From NCBI GenBank assembly GCA_028534125.1, contig CM052818.1, positions 14,384,001-14,448,000 of the forward strand: a DNA stretch of 64,000 nucleotides, in the 5' to 3' direction. The position numbers and the translations under genes are program-made. Under the pieces are notes generated by a model. It made no database searches. It was not told the DNA's origin and saw only the letters and a program-made list of their open reading frames with translations. This document shows positions 11,354 through 24,620 of the stretch, piece after piece; positions within the stretch are counted from its first letter, which is position 1, and every line of letters begins with the position of its first letter. The stretch comes from Lama glama. Taxonomy: Eukaryota.

Positions 11354-12429
11354 CGATGCTCAGCAGAGCCCTGAACTCCACCTCTTTTAAGGCAAGGGTT
11401 CTGGGTGAGCTCTCCTGTCTGAGTGTGTCACACTGGAGCATATTGGACAACAGAAGCTCTGACAACTTCAGCAAAAATCACATGAAGGGCATAGGAACTG
11501 CAGCAACAACCCCAAAGCACAGGAAACAAAGGTCTTAGTGATGAGACAGGTCCGTTCTGGGGGCTGGCAGAATCCCTGAGTTTTGTGTGCCCCCTGGGTC
11601 GTTGGGTTCAATCTCTGAATGAACTCTGCAGCTCTCAACTTTGCGTAGGAAGAGAGCACCTGAGCCTGAGGGTCCGTGCCGGACATCCCATCAGAGCTCA
11701 GACAAACCCCACTAAGACAGAGCTGCAATGACTCCCAAGGAGGTTTCCTGTGCCATGGTAGGGACTCAACCCCCTCCTACCCCAAACACATTAAAAAAAA
11801 AAAAGCTATGGAAATGAAATACAAGCAATATGCGTGTACCAAAAGTATTCCATTTTAACACAAATGTATGCAGGTACATTTTAGATGCCCAGAACTGTAG
11901 AAAGCAGAAGGAACACCATTTTTGTACATCGTTAAAGAATCAGCCTTCCACCAGGAGTCAGAGTGTCTTGGGAGAGAACACCAGTGAGCAAGCCCTATTC
12001 TCAGGCCTTTATTTTGGCAGAAGAGGTTATTAGGAATGGGGAGAATTTTCAGTGGTCTAGGATCAAGCTGCTGCTATTTGATGGGACTTCTAATTCTGAA
12101 ATCAGAGAAAACGGTAAGGCTGTACTTCCTAGAAACCACAGCTTCTAGGAGGAAAAGAAGATCAAAAAAGAAAAGCAAACCCTGATCAATCAATCAGTTC
12201 CCAGACAGGAAGTGATCACAGATCCAGGGGTCCAGAAGGTGAATGAGGGGGCAGTAGCCCCGGACAGGCTCCCGAGGTCCCGTACCAAGAGAAACACCAT
12301 CGTCAGGAAGACCCTTCCTGCTGCTATGAACAGAGCCACGAGGTGAACTCCCCAGCCTAGGAAGTGAGCAGGAAGAGGCTGCCCACGGGCACGAGGGGCA
12401 CAGCGCCCCAGCTCCCAGTGGCCGCTTAC

Positions 12430-12626
12430 CGTTGTCAGCCTCTCCAGGGCGGAGAACCTCTCGTCCCAGGTCGCCGCAGACTTTTCAAAAGCCTCGTGGC
12501 GCTTGATGAGCTTCTCCACCTCGTCCACGCTCTGGCCTATTTCTCGGCTGGACAAGTACGGCTCCTGTCCGAGCAGCCAGGCCTCGGCCACGCTGGCATC
12601 CCTTGAGAACTGATGGACCTCCAAGA
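12430..12626 (-). CDS. SPTBN1: Exon 30 ([10 protein letters not shown]...ERLTT), partial repeat 17 / tetramerisation site
   Basis: 197 nt, cag| and |gtaagc. Confidence 0.97.
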
Positions 12627-12723
12627 CTGCACAGGAAGCCAAGAGTGAGTGTGGAGGGCAGGTGGGGGTGGCGCTGCCCTTTGATGACAGCTGTGGTGCC
12701 CCAATTTACAGTCTGGCCTAGAT

Positions 12724-13028
12724 CAGCGCCGTCCAACACAAGAGCCTTGTGAGCTACGTGCGCAACTTTAACGTTTCCACTAGCCATGTTAAAGATGGGT
12801 GAAATTAATTTCAAAAGCCTGTTTTTGGACAACCTGATAGAGCGAACCGTAATCATTTCAACATGTAATCAGTATGAAAAAATTACTGAGCTGTGTTATA
12901 TCTTTTTTCTTCTGTCTTTGAAATCCAATGTGTGTTTCATACTCAGAGCATATCTCAGTTTGGACCAGCCACATTTCAAGCTCTGAAGAGCCCCACGTGG
13001 ACAGTGGCTACTCTACGATCGTGCAGGA
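12724..13028. mobile_element. MER33-like hAT-Charlie relic
   Basis: catttcaacatgtaatcagtatgaaaaatt...catatctcagtttggaccagccacatttcaag motifs. Confidence 0.75.
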
Positions 13029-13699
13029 CTGGAAGGTATATTCTGCTTATCCAGCCCTGCTTCAGTGAGGTAAGCCCCATAACCCTGTAGGAATCTGCAA
13101 TCTATACACAGCCAGATGATGCTGACGGAGCAGCCACACATTGGTCACCCTTTCTGGAGTGGAAGTGCTATGTTTTCCTCAGGGGGCGGAGAGGGAGGGG
13201 AGGATCTGGGAGCACTGTAGGAAGTGGGGACAGTGCGGGCTAAGGCTTCTGTTTTATCCACCCTGCCCCCTCCACACGGAAGGAACACAGCATGACCTCC
13301 ATCCACTGCAGCCGTGAGAAGCAGGTCAGAGCTCAGCTCTGCACTAGGGACATGTCACCTCATCAGGAATGCCCAGCGTACAACCTGGTGCCTAGCTCAC
13401 AGTGGGGCATCACCTGGGTTTTGCTGAACTGAACTGAACTGAACCTGCCCTGGCCATTGGCAAAATTTATGGACCAAATCCTCATCCAAAGAACGGTCAA
13501 AAGTGGGATTTCTTTTTCAAGAGTTGAGGTGCCTCCACCACATCTTTCAGAAAAGGCCCCTTGGATTCTGCTTCTAGAAGGCACCCCTGCTGTTTGACAA
13601 TGGGATTACAATGCAAGGACAGAGCCCAGAGTCCCAAACAAGGAACAGCAAAGTGTGGTAAATAGTCATCAGCGGGGTTACTGTCAGTGTTCATACCAG

Positions 13700-13885
13700 C
13701 TATGAATGCTGTTCCCAGTGCTGTGTATTAGGAGCTCTGTGTTAGCTCACATATTCCTTTATAAAATGAGATTAAAAGCAGAATCTACCTGAGAGGGTTA
13801 CTGCGGGGAGTAAACAGAGAAGAATATCTGAAACACTCAGAATAATGTCCAGTCCACTACAAAATCTTTACCATTGTTAGCTTTC
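13700..13885 (+). mobile_element. MIR SINE (diverged)
   Basis: ttcctttataaaatgagatt...ctacctgagagggttactgcggggagtaaa. Confidence 0.6.
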
Positions 13886-14265
13886 GTAAGACCCAATCAA
13901 GCCAACTTTCCATCCTCCTGACCCTGCAGTAACGATCCTCCTTCAAGACAAGAACGAGAGGCCTTATCTGCACCCTCCCCGAGGGATGCCACATTCTGTC
14001 CTCTCCACACCGTTCCTGAACACCCAAACCCTGCTTACAACATCCAGATCAATTGTGAGATAGAAACATAGTGAATATGCTGCTGGGAACTACTTAAAAA
14101 TACTTACTAACGTGACGTGGTGAAATAGCACATTAAAAAAGAAGCATTTAGAAAAACTCCAAAAATCATTAAGTGATAAACATCATATCAAGTCAATTAA
14201 AATAAACTCGCATGCTTTCAGTGCACCTTAACCAAAAAGAGCAGAGACATTAAGCACGTCCTTAC

Positions 14266-14350
14266 TCAGTCTCAACCACTCCCATCGGTCTTCCCACTTG
14301 TCAATCATTTCTTTCCTCTTCTCTGTCAACTGCAGTAACTTCTCCTTGAT
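14266..14350 (-). CDS. SPTBN1: Exon 29 (IKEKLLQLTE...EWLRL)
   Basis: 85 nt, cag| and |gtaagg. Confidence 0.97.
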
Positions 14351-15125
14351 CTGTGAGAAAAGAAGGACCCCAGGACATCTTAATGGAATGTACCACACCC
14401 TCCTAGTCCGCCCCTCGATGGGCCACTTCACAGAAGAAAAACACATGTTGCGCAGAGACAACCACTAAGCCAGCAAACATCTAGAGACCACTCAGTCTAT
14501 CTGCGCACTAGGACAGGAGAGGAAGGTGTGGCGACGTTCCTTCCAGAAGGGGCTGGGAGGAAGGCCAGGCTCCACCTGAAGCTGCTTATTTGTGAGGAGG
14601 CTAACAACACACTGAGCACCCCCACCCCAGACTCAGGGGCTTACTCAGGAAGAGAGGGATGAAGAGACAGGTGAAGCCCCGAGCTCTCCGAGAGCCTGTC
14701 CAGGCCCTGGGAGCGGCCACACGCTGAGGCACCCTTCACCTCTCCATCACCAGAACCCTAACTCGAATTAGCAATTATCCACTAAAGAGCAAACTGATCT
14801 GGGGCATGTGTGACAGAGAAGGGGTGTCACCCAGAGGGAGGATGGATGGAGGAGGTGAGAGAGGATGAAACCTCAACTGGGGGCCCTCGAAAATTGTCTT
14901 CTGTGTCACAGATTTATTGGCTCTGCACCTAGAGTCTTGCCCAGCTGTCTGACTCCACACACACAGGAAAAAGGCAAGCAGTTCAGAAGTACCTATCAGC
15001 GTGTGTGCATGTGTATGAGGACAGAGACATGCACAGACACACACGCTCACAAAACAGTCATTTTACACCTGCACACCAGCTGCACTCACGCCAGGGACCC
15101 CAGGGCAGAGCGGCGTCCATCCTAC

Positions 15126-15264
15126 CTCCTCGGATGCGTAGTGCTTCCTTGCCAGCAGGGATTTCCCAAGTTCAATGCAGGTTGTGAAACTGTCATTACG
15201 AGCATCGATTTCAGCTTTGATACCTTGGTGGTTATTCATCAATAGTTCAACAGACGATACGTCC
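15126..15264 (-). CDS. SPTBN1: Exon 28 ([10 protein letters not shown]...YASEE)
   Basis: 139 nt, tag| and |gtagga. Confidence 0.97.
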
Positions 15265-15485
15265 CTAAAATTAGACAAGCAACACTTCCTTTAGGAAATG
15301 AGGCTTTTCAAATACACGTGTGGGTTTCAAAACATGCAGTTAGTTTGAAGGAGACTGGTGGCACAGAGTGCCTTTCAGGTCTGATTCACAGTCTGGGCTC
15401 AGGCTGGGTCACTGGGCCACAGCACAGCGGTGTAATGCAGGACCAGCCATGCAACCTGACACTGAGAATAAAGCTACTTTTACTC

Positions 15486-15506
15486 GTGTGTGTGTGTGTG
15501 TGTGTG
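15486..15506 (+). repeat. (GT)10 microsatellite
   Basis: Direct reading. Confidence 0.95.
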
Positions 15507-16430
15507 CTCGGAATAATTCAAAACTGTTGCCAGGTGGAGACCAGAAAAACCACTGGATCTCCGTTCACACTTCTGCTTTATAACGCAATTCAGACTCTTC
15601 AAGAGGCACAGAGGCCAGTCAGACCCCAGTAAGTTGGCTGCCAAAGGTTCAGGACATGTATATTTCAGAGAGCAGCAAATATTGTCTCCTGATTTAGACA
15701 TGAAGACATACAAAGCAGAAACCAGCCAAGAAATGAGCTATGAGAACTTCTTCCCAATCAAAACCTACTGGCCGTGAAGTGCTGACCGAAGGAAACACAA
15801 CTACTCTATTGTATATGACAAATACATTTCTCCTCTTGGGACAGAGTCCATTTCTCAGTTATGCTGGGGGCTGGCAGTGGCGGGGGTGGACGGTGGGGGG
15901 GTTTCTATGTGTCTGCTTGTTCATCTACCAGCTTCTCCTCACTGCTCTGCATGAAATGCGGCCAAAGAGAAGATACAGAACAAATATTAAATAAGAATCC
16001 CAAGACACCATTAAAGCAGGTGTTGAGGGTAAGAGGCACCTTTAGTAATGTGTATAAAAAAGGATACAGTGGTTTTTAATGTAACAGACACAGGAAAGAA
16101 AACTCAGAAAAGCCATCTCATTCCCATGGTGAGCGGAGCTAATCATGCCCAAGGTGTGCAGCTGCTGGGAAGCACGAGGCCTGCAGACGAGGGCAGACGG
16201 TCCCTGCTGAGCGTGGACCAGGAGGACAGGGTTGGGAGGGGGAAAAAGGGAGGGCTTCACAGCACAGGTGCCTCACTCGCTGACAATCATGTGCAGGAGA
16301 CAAGTGAAACAGAGGCGGCTCCCCCAGGACTCCTCCCCGCCCCTGCTCTGGCCTCAAAGCTCTCAGGCTGGGGTCCCAGGGTCAGGGAGCCTGATGTGCT
16401 CCCACACGTCCAGGAGGCCGGCAGCATTAC

Positions 16431-16675
16431 CTGGGCTTCTCCTGGGCTTCAATCTGCCGGATGACATCCTCCATCCACAGCATGAGGTCACGGACCATGC
16501 TGAAGAAGCGGAACTTGTCCCCTGTGTCCACCAGCCGCACCCTGCGTCCCTCACAGGCGTCCAGCAGGGCCTTCCAGGCTTCCAGGACCTCATTCTCCCG
16601 CTTCTGGATGTCGTCGGCCTTGTCGCCCGCGTAGGCTGCCTGGAGGCGGGCTGCGTCCTCCTGTAGTTGCCTCAC
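16431..16675 (-). CDS. SPTBN1: Exon 27 ([10 protein letters not shown]...QEKPR)
   Basis: 245 nt, cag| and |gtaatg. Confidence 0.97.
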
Positions 16676-17229
16676 CTGCAAAGCCAAGGGGGAGACAAGC
16701 CAGGTCAGAGGGCTGGGCCCCTGCTCAGTCGCCTGCCGCCCACTCTCTCTATACACGCCACACACTGTTCCACCTTTGCATTGATAAAAACACTGAGTCA
16801 AAATGGGGCTCCCCCACCCAGAAGCAGCTCACAATTTCATGGGGAAGATCCAAGTCAGAAAAGCCCAGGTTTACTATATTCTGAAGTTCTGCACTAATGC
16901 TAAGACAAATAAAATGCTACACAGATGCAGACAGGAGATCTGGGTCAGGAAAGGTCCCTAAAGGTGGCCAAGGGTGTAAAGATTGTATAGAAAAACACGG
17001 TACATATCCAGTATGTTTAGAAATAAACGCCCAATCTGTTTCTGCACTTTTTAAAATCATGAATGAGAAACTGCCATGAAGAACACGTTTTGAAAACACC
17101 CTTTTGTTGCTATGTGAAGTTTTTGCTGAAAACAATATAAGATCACCTATAAAAGCTCCCACAATGGGACATTTCAACTTGAAAAACAAAAATGCAGCAT
17201 TTAATGTAACTGATGCCAAAGAAGGTGAA

Positions 17230-17900
17230 ATTTTAACTGGACAAATTTCAATAAAAACTTTGGAGAACAGGAAATGCAAATGAGTCTTAGGAAAAGATGC
17301 TACATGGAGATACTGTAACTTGCCATCGCTTAGTCGGCAAAAATTCAAGCTTGATGATTTATCTGCCAGTGGTGCGGCTTCACTGCTGACAGGACAAAAG
17401 GCTACAGCTCCTATAGGAGGCGTGGGCAGTATCCATCAAAGGTACAAAGGCATGCGCTTTCTGATTTTATGATTCCACTTTGGAGAATTTACCCTATGTA
17501 TATTGCACTTTTAGGAAATGAAATACACATAAGGTTATTTACTGCAACAGTGTCTCTAAAAGCAAAAGACTGAAAATAAATTAAACATCCATCAGTGAGG
17601 GGCTGGTTAAATTAGGACAGCACCTCTGCACTGGAGGCTCCCAGGTGGTCACAAAGAACAAGGGCTCTGCTATGCGAGCTTATATGGAAAGTGCCCCGGG
17701 AGGACGGCTATGGAGAAAAAGCCAAGTGTAGCGATACCTACTTTCTGTGGGAAAAGAGGGAGAAAAGAGACTTTCACCTTTTGTCGGGGGTGTGGTGGGG
17801 AGAGACACCTTTACAAAGCAAACTAGTAACCAGGCCTTATTTTATATCTGAACATTTCCTTCTCTTATGTTTTATACAAAGTACATAAAGTATTAGTAGT
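17230..17900 (+). mobile_element. Old L1 (L1ME-like) ORF2 end/3'UTR fragment; boundaries approximate
   Basis: attccactttggagaatttaccctatg, aaggttatttactgcaacagtg, aaacatccatcagtgaggggctggttaaat. Confidence 0.7.
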
Positions 17901-19520
17901 GCCCTCCACAGATACAGCTTTTAATGAAAAATGTATATACACGTATGGGGGAACGTAATGATACTCGGTCTTCATCTACTGATTAGAGTCCAAAGACAAT
18001 GGCTGTCCTGGACAATAGCAGTCTTTGGATGCCTGTGAAGGGAGCACGTGAAGAAACACCACGAAATGGATGGACAAAACTGGGGCTGAGGGAGGTGGAC
18101 CATTGACCCTGACCACACAAAACGGCTTTAGGTGGTGGTAGGTAAGGAAAACTGCAAACGATGCAAAGAATCAGTGGGGTTTGGTTTCCATGGTGATTTG
18201 ATTTCCATATCCTAAGAGAATTTTGGAAATATTCCTTAATTACGGCTCAGGTATACTGAAATTGCAGTGAGCAAGTTCCTAGGAAATTATCTGAAAAGCT
18301 ACACAACTAATCAAATCTTTCCCAACAAGTAGAAAAGAGAAAAAAAAAACCAACCAACCTTTTCCTCTGCCTCTGGCTGTTTTTAATTTGTTCTCACAAC
18401 AACAACAACAAAAAAGGTGGAGAAAGGATAGCAAAAGTGGAGATTCTCACAAGAATTAACTACTTCTTTGAGAAGTCACTGAAGATCATCATCAGAGGCA
18501 CAGGCTGCGTGGTTTCCTCAAACCCCATGGCCCCGTGCAGAAGAGAGAATGGGGGCGGGTCAGGCTGGCACAGGAGCACAACGGCCAAGGAGCTGTCTGA
18601 TGCCACCAGCTTCTGGGAGCCTGCACCACGTCTTCCCTCCTGCTCTAACTCTGTTCTAACTGCAGGCTTGCGTAGTTTGTAGCTGAAATAGCCTGGCCCG
18701 GCAGGTGCTGTAAGGTAGGCTGTCAGGCCTGATGGAGCAGATTCCTGCCCTGAATATTCCTGGACCCGCAGTGGGCTCCCTCATCTCTCTGAGCCTCACA
18801 AAGTGAAGTGGTTTAATGAAAAGATGAGGGAGCAACTCCATCATCTCTAGAGTCTCTTGAAGCTCTAGAAGTAACGGTTTCACAGGTGCAGAGGAGAGAC
18901 CTGCTGCTAATCAGGCTCCCAGGCATTCCAAAAGTTCCCCTGAGCATTTTAAAAATATAGTAATAGTTGAGAACATTCAGCGCTACTGTGATGGCATTCG
19001 TTCTGCACCTGTGTCAATCCTTAAAGCATCAAGGAACTGAAGCTCAGGGCGGGAAATTAAACTTGCAGCCACACAGGACTGTTGTCCAATTCAGTCCAAG
19101 GTCTGCCCATCTCTGGTGGCCTTGCTCTGAGCGCACGTCAGACTGCACGGTTCAGGCTCCCTGTGTGTTCACACGGTGACCTCATGTGCAACGAAAGATG
19201 CTGAACAGAAAGCTGACAAGTTTCAGAATGGTGGGTTTCCACAGAGCTGGGGGGTCCACCAGCTCTAAAGGAAAGCCTGGAAACCCTCACAATGCACAAC
19301 GCGCCCTTTTAAATCCTGCATGATGCAGGCCCACTCTGTGTATCTCTTAACTATTCCCTCCACACCTGCCTCCTTGATGGAAAAGCTGAAGCCACCTAAA
19401 TCTGAACGGAGCCCCAGTTGTGACCTACCTCTGCTGTGAGAAGGGGCAAATTCAGAGGACAATGGCAGTAAAGGTGGTCCCTCCACAGAGCAAACCCCAA
19501 TGCACACGCAAGAGTGGGGC

Positions 19521-19741
19521 CAAGGCTGACGCACCTCATTGGGGTGGCCTGCAGTGGAATCTGGGCTGTGTGTTTTTATAAATAAAGATGCGCTGGCACA
19601 CGGCCACACCCTCACTTCCAGATTGTCTATGGCTGCTGTGTGCTACAACAGCACAGCTGAGCAGTCACAACAAGGACTGTATGTCCCACAAAGCCGAGAA
19701 CGTACTATCGGGGCATCCACAGAGAAGCCTGCCAACCCCTG
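19521..19741 (+). mobile_element. MER58A-like hAT-Charlie relic
   Basis: tttttataaataaag...attgtctatggctgctgtgtgctacaacagc...gcctgccaacccctg. Confidence 0.8.
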
Positions 19742-20470
19742 CACGAGATCGTCAGTGCGCTTCTGACAGATAAGAACACCTGACATCCTCAGGGCTGGTA
19801 TCTCGAAGGAAACTGACTTCTTCTCTAGGACTATGAAATTTTAGGGGAAGAAACAATTTATTTTCCACCTAACAGACATAAGGCTAAACAAGAAACTACA
19901 CAGAATGAGTGTGAACTAGGGAGTGGTTATACCACAGATCCTTAATGTCATGTTGTTATCACTTTGTCAGACATCTTTTAAACAAAATCTTAGTGTTCCC
20001 CCTTTACACTGGGGTGGGTGAAGACCAGACATATTAAAACATTAGAATTTTGCTTTCTCTCTCCTTGGATATATAACTCAGACTCTGGTTGATGGAAAAT
20101 AATACGGTATTGTTTCAGAAATTATTCTGGATGGATACACCAACGTAATACAAATTCTTTTTGAGAAAACCTGTAACTTGCAAATCTTTGTGTGTGCACC
20201 TACTTTATTTTAATCATGGGGATGTTCATCCAACAATGTCTGCCACTGTGGCAAACTTAGAATTTCATGCACTGGTAAGTTCTCCCAGATGGAACATTAC
20301 AACAACGTGAGTGTGTTTGTCTGTGAGCATATGCATGTGTGTTTAATGTGGGCAATTTTCTGAGGCACGTTCTGAGGAGCCAAGGACTGGAGAGAGATGC
20401 ATCAGAGAAGCACAAAGATGCTATCTGGCAAGATAACCTTGCAGCACCCCTGTGCGGCGCCCCCACCTAC

Positions 20471-20845
20471 CTGGGTGCCCAGAGCCTGGATGTCATGCTC
20501 AAATGTGGTGTGCATCCTCTGTAAGGTCTCCACTGTGTTCTGATCTCTCCCGAGCTCCTCGGGGAGTTTCTTGTGTTTGTCCTGGATGCGACCAAAGATC
20601 TCCTTGGCATCGTGGTAAAACTTGTGCAGTTCATAGGAGGCAGCAAGGATCTGTGTCCTTGTGTCAATGAGCTCCAGGAGGTCAGCCCAGGCTTCATTCA
20701 GCCCGTCCTTCCACTCGGCGATGGTGGCGGCATCTGAATGTCCAGAGTTGATGAGTTCATCCGCCATGTGATTGACCGTGTCCACACGCTCCTGCCCAAT
20801 GTTCCCCGTGTCACGGGCAAACTCCCGGAATCGTTCCTGCAGCAT
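20471..20845 (-). CDS. SPTBN1: Exon 26 ([10 protein letters not shown]...ALGTQ)
   Basis: 375 nt, cag| and |gtaggt. Confidence 0.97.
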
Positions 20846-21243
20846 CTGAAATGGGGATGAGTGAAAAGAAATCAGTGTGATGATGGTGAACACTTTATTC
20901 CTTGATCACATGAATGCCCTTTGGAAAGAAACTCACGAATTAACAGATTTCAGCTCTAAAGCCTCTTATCAGTCAGGCTTCCATCTTGTTCTGCACTGCA
21001 GTTGACTAGGGTGCGGGCTCCATCTCCATTGACCAGTGGAGAAGAGGGAGCACAAGTTAGGCAACCTCCAAGTGGCCAGGAGAGAAAAATGCTGAGTTGA
21101 AACGAAACCCCGTGACCTTTGATTCAAGTCGAGTCCGGGGTGTCTTCTCTGCTCGCAGACAAGGAAGGCAAACAGGCTTCTATAACCCACTACGCACAGC
21201 GCACCCACAGCGCACCCACTGGCACCCTGCCTGCGGTACTTGC

Positions 21244-21448
21244 CGTGACGTGCTCGTAGTCCTGCCCCAGTTCGTGCGAGCCTGCGACCACCTCTCTCTC
21301 AGCGATCCACTGCTCCAGGTCATCCACCTCCCGGTTGAGCTGGAACAGCCGGTGCCTCTCGTCCAGCTTGCCCCTCCTCTCCTCGGCGAGGTCCTTGAGG
21401 CCCGCGTACAGCTTGTCCACCTTGGACTGCCGCATGCTGATGCGCTCA
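21244..21448 (-). CDS. SPTBN1: Exon 25 ([10 protein letters not shown]...YEHVT), start of ankyrin-binding repeats 14-15
   Basis: 205 nt, cag| and non-canonical |gcaagt donor. Confidence 0.96.
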
Positions 21449-22684
21449 CTGTGGGGAGGGGGTGGGAGAGGGGCCATAATGACCAATCTTCTTCAGGGAG
21501 ACAACAAATGAGGGGGAAGCACCAAGAGAGCACATTCTGTATAACTTCTCGAAGCAAACTTCAGGTGAACCTATTTAACCTAAAAAACGGAACTCTGAAA
21601 TTTCACCTCAACTTCAAGTAATAGAGACAACATATAACAAAACACAGTAATTAAGGACAAAGGCCACCCTGCTTGTGGTGACAGAGGAGGGGGAAAGACA
21701 CCGTAACATGGCACTGCTGGCTCTGTACATCAGGATTTCCTCTGACGTTAAACGTTCACCCAAGATCCGGGGCCGTCCTCCGTTCTCAGGCGCCATTGGG
21801 CCAAAGGGACAATGACATCCCTGTCTGCATGCACCTTGACCTTCTCTGGCTTCGTGCTCCTCCCCGCCAGGAGGGTGGGCCCTGCTGCTCCGTTGCCTGG
21901 GGGCACTGCATCCACTCCCATCCTCCAACTTCCCCGAGAATGACTGTCTTTCAGCAGGAGAGACAGGGACTTGCTGGTGCCTGTCCTTGGCGATGAGGAG
22001 GGCAACTTTCCTGGGACTCCTGACCACGAACACCTGAAAGAACCCCTACACCAACACAGCCACTAGCCTTAACTCCAACCTGTCTGGGTTAATGCACAAA
22101 GCCAACTCCTGAGTCATAAAAGCAGTTACAGAGAAAGCCAAAAATGAGGGCCAGGGAAGTGAGCCCAGTCTGTAACAGGGCAGGAGTACCACACACGGCC
22201 CTCTTTTTCCCTTATCCCTGAGGCATTCTCAAGCCTTGACGTTTAAGAGTTAGGAGGTGGTATTAACTTTGTTCTTCCTGGGAGTTCTTTAATTTTACAG
22301 ATCTGTGTCTTCTTATACACCACTCTCTTAGAACTAATAATTACTTTCCTGAACTGGATCACTTTTCAACCCAGGGGTAGGTGTTTTGACAACCTGTTTA
22401 TGTGTGCGGGTCAATCTGTACTTCTGACTCACGACACCAATCAACTCTCAGTAAGTCTTGGCCAACAGGAAGCATGTTAGGAAATACCTCCTGTGGATTA
22501 AGTAACAGTTCACCCTTCCTATTTAGCACAGGCCTACTGGATCTGCTGTAAAAATGCTTCCCAAAGACCTACATTCCCAGTTACTCACGATGAACGCTGC
22601 CATTTTCTTCTTATGGGTCAGAGCAAGAGGCCCTGAGTGGGAGGAACTGCTAGGTGGGTCTCATCTTTACAGGACGACACTCAC

Positions 22685-22815
22685 CTTTCAGGGTGGCTGT
22701 CAGCCACCAGGGCCCGGCTGGTCTTAGAGAGCTGATGCACCGTCTCTGCATAGTCCTCCACGGCTTGTTCCAGGATCTGGTGCTTCTTCAACATGGAGAC
22801 GGCACTCTGCTCATC
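22685..22815 (-). CDS. SPTBN1: Exon 24 (DEQSAVSMLK...DSHPE)
   Basis: 131 nt, cag| and |gtgagt. Confidence 0.97.
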
Positions 22816-23448
22816 CTGCCAACGGAAGGGGCTGTCACAACCACAGCCACGCCCCCCCAGCCTGACACCACCTTAAAGAGGGACCTTTGCATGGGGCGGG
22901 GCGGGGCAGGAGGAAGACTCATCAGAAAGAAAAGATCCTTGAGGGGCTGAGGGCAGTGGGACGCAAAGCTCTTCAAGAGCATCAATGTGGACTGGACTGC
23001 GAGAGCCTCTGAAAGACGACCATGAGGATGATGCAGGCTGATGAGGACCCTCTGCAGAATGGGGGGGAAGCCCAGGCAAACAAGCCAAGGGGCCCGGCTG
23101 CCTGAGATGCTTCTCAGTCTAACAGACACATAGACAATTTTCTCGTGGGAATACTGTCACATACTCTGAAACTGTTTCATAAGCACCTTGTATGTTGTCA
23201 AAGAAAGATTCCAGCAAATTTCTATTTAGAAAAAAAGGGCAGGATGAACCCAGTCTTAATGACATGCCAGGATTCAGAGAAGATAATTCTGCATCAAGGG
23301 ACAAACAGCCAGGTTCCAGCCACCTCTATGCACCATGCTGCCCCTGTGACCAAGGCAACAGTGTAATGATTCAGAGAGATGCCGCCAGCAGCAGAGAACA
23401 AATCAGGGTCTGGTCAGTCAGGGCAGGGCTGGGGCTCGGCTCCCTTAC

Positions 23449-23730
23449 CTTGGCCTTCTCCTCTGACATCATGTACAGCTCCTGCTCGCTCATCCACGCC
23501 TCGGCCTCGGCCGCATCGAAGTAGTACTGCTGCGCCCGGTGTGCCTCCTCCAGCCGCCGGTGCCGCTTCTCCGTCTCCTCGATGAGGAGGCCCCACAGCT
23601 GCGTCAGGTCGGCCAGCCTCTGCCGGATGGCCTCGGCACTGGGGCTGCTGCTGTCAGCGACAATGTTCTGGCTCCTCTCGAAGATGTCGTCAATGCGAGG
23701 CTGGTGCCCCTGGATTTCCTTCTGGAGGGT
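23449..23730 (-). CDS. SPTBN1: Exon 23 (TLQKEIQGHQ...EEKAK)
   Basis: 282 nt, cag| and |gtaagg. Confidence 0.97.
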
Positions 23731-23890
23731 CTGTGGGAGCGGGGACACACTGGGGTTCACCAAGCAGCATGCCCCTGTGCCACGCTGCGGAGGCCGGGGC
23801 CAACCGCCAGCCCTCAGAGCTCTCACGTTCTCCCTGGTAACCTGGAGCCAGTATCTATTGGACAGAGTAGGCCCTGGTGGAAACGCTTAC

Positions 23891-23980
23891 CTGGTTTTTC
23901 TTGATTAACAGCTGCACGGTCTGGAGGTTGTGGCCATGATCTGTGGAAGTTGCCAAAGGCATCCTCTCTCCAACCCACAA
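23891..23980 (-). CDS. SPTBN1: Exon 22 ([10 protein letters not shown]...IKKNQ)
   Basis: 90 nt, cag| and |gtaagc. Confidence 0.97.
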
Positions 23981-24395
23981 CTGGAAGGAATTATAAACAG
24001 GTGGTCAGGGCCGCTCAAAAAGAACAAATATTGGATGCAAATGAGAGCAGGAAAGGATAGCAGGGAGGCCCGCTTGAGAGACAGAGTGGGTTTAATCCCA
24101 TAGGGAAGGGTGGCTGCGGGCACCTGCCCTCCTTCTCCGACACAGGGTGGGGCTATAGTCTTCAGCCCTCACTTCACCCTCCATGGTAGACTCTTTGTGA
24201 GTTCTCATTCTCTGTTTTTGCAACTCCTATTCTAGGGGCACCAAAACCCTTGAATTACCTTTAGCAAACCAGACAGAAAACTAAGAGTTGTACTTGGTGT
24301 GAATACACAGAGCTCAGCAAACCAACGCGGCCCGAGGTGGGTCGAGCACGGAAGCAGGAATGTGGGCACCAGGCGGGTAGGTGGGGGTCACTCAC

Positions 24396-24620
24396 GATCT
24401 CGTCTTCCACATCCCTGTTGAACTGATGGATCTCTTTGGAGGCCAGCAGGTTCTGCTTCCTCTCGTTCAGGGGCTCCAGCAGCTCCATGAACTTGGTCTG
24501 CACGGTGAGGCGCTTGCTGTCCACCTCGTCCGTGCTCTTCCCCTCCTGGCTCAGGGCCTGTGCCTGGCTCTGTAGCTCCTCGATCTCCTTCTTCCGCACC
24601 TCCATCTGATTCTCCAGCAT
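24396..24620 (-). CDS. SPTBN1: Exon 21 (MLENQMEVRK...VEDEI), includes the caspase-3 DEVD/S site
   Basis: 225 nt, cag| and |gtgagt. Confidence 0.97.
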
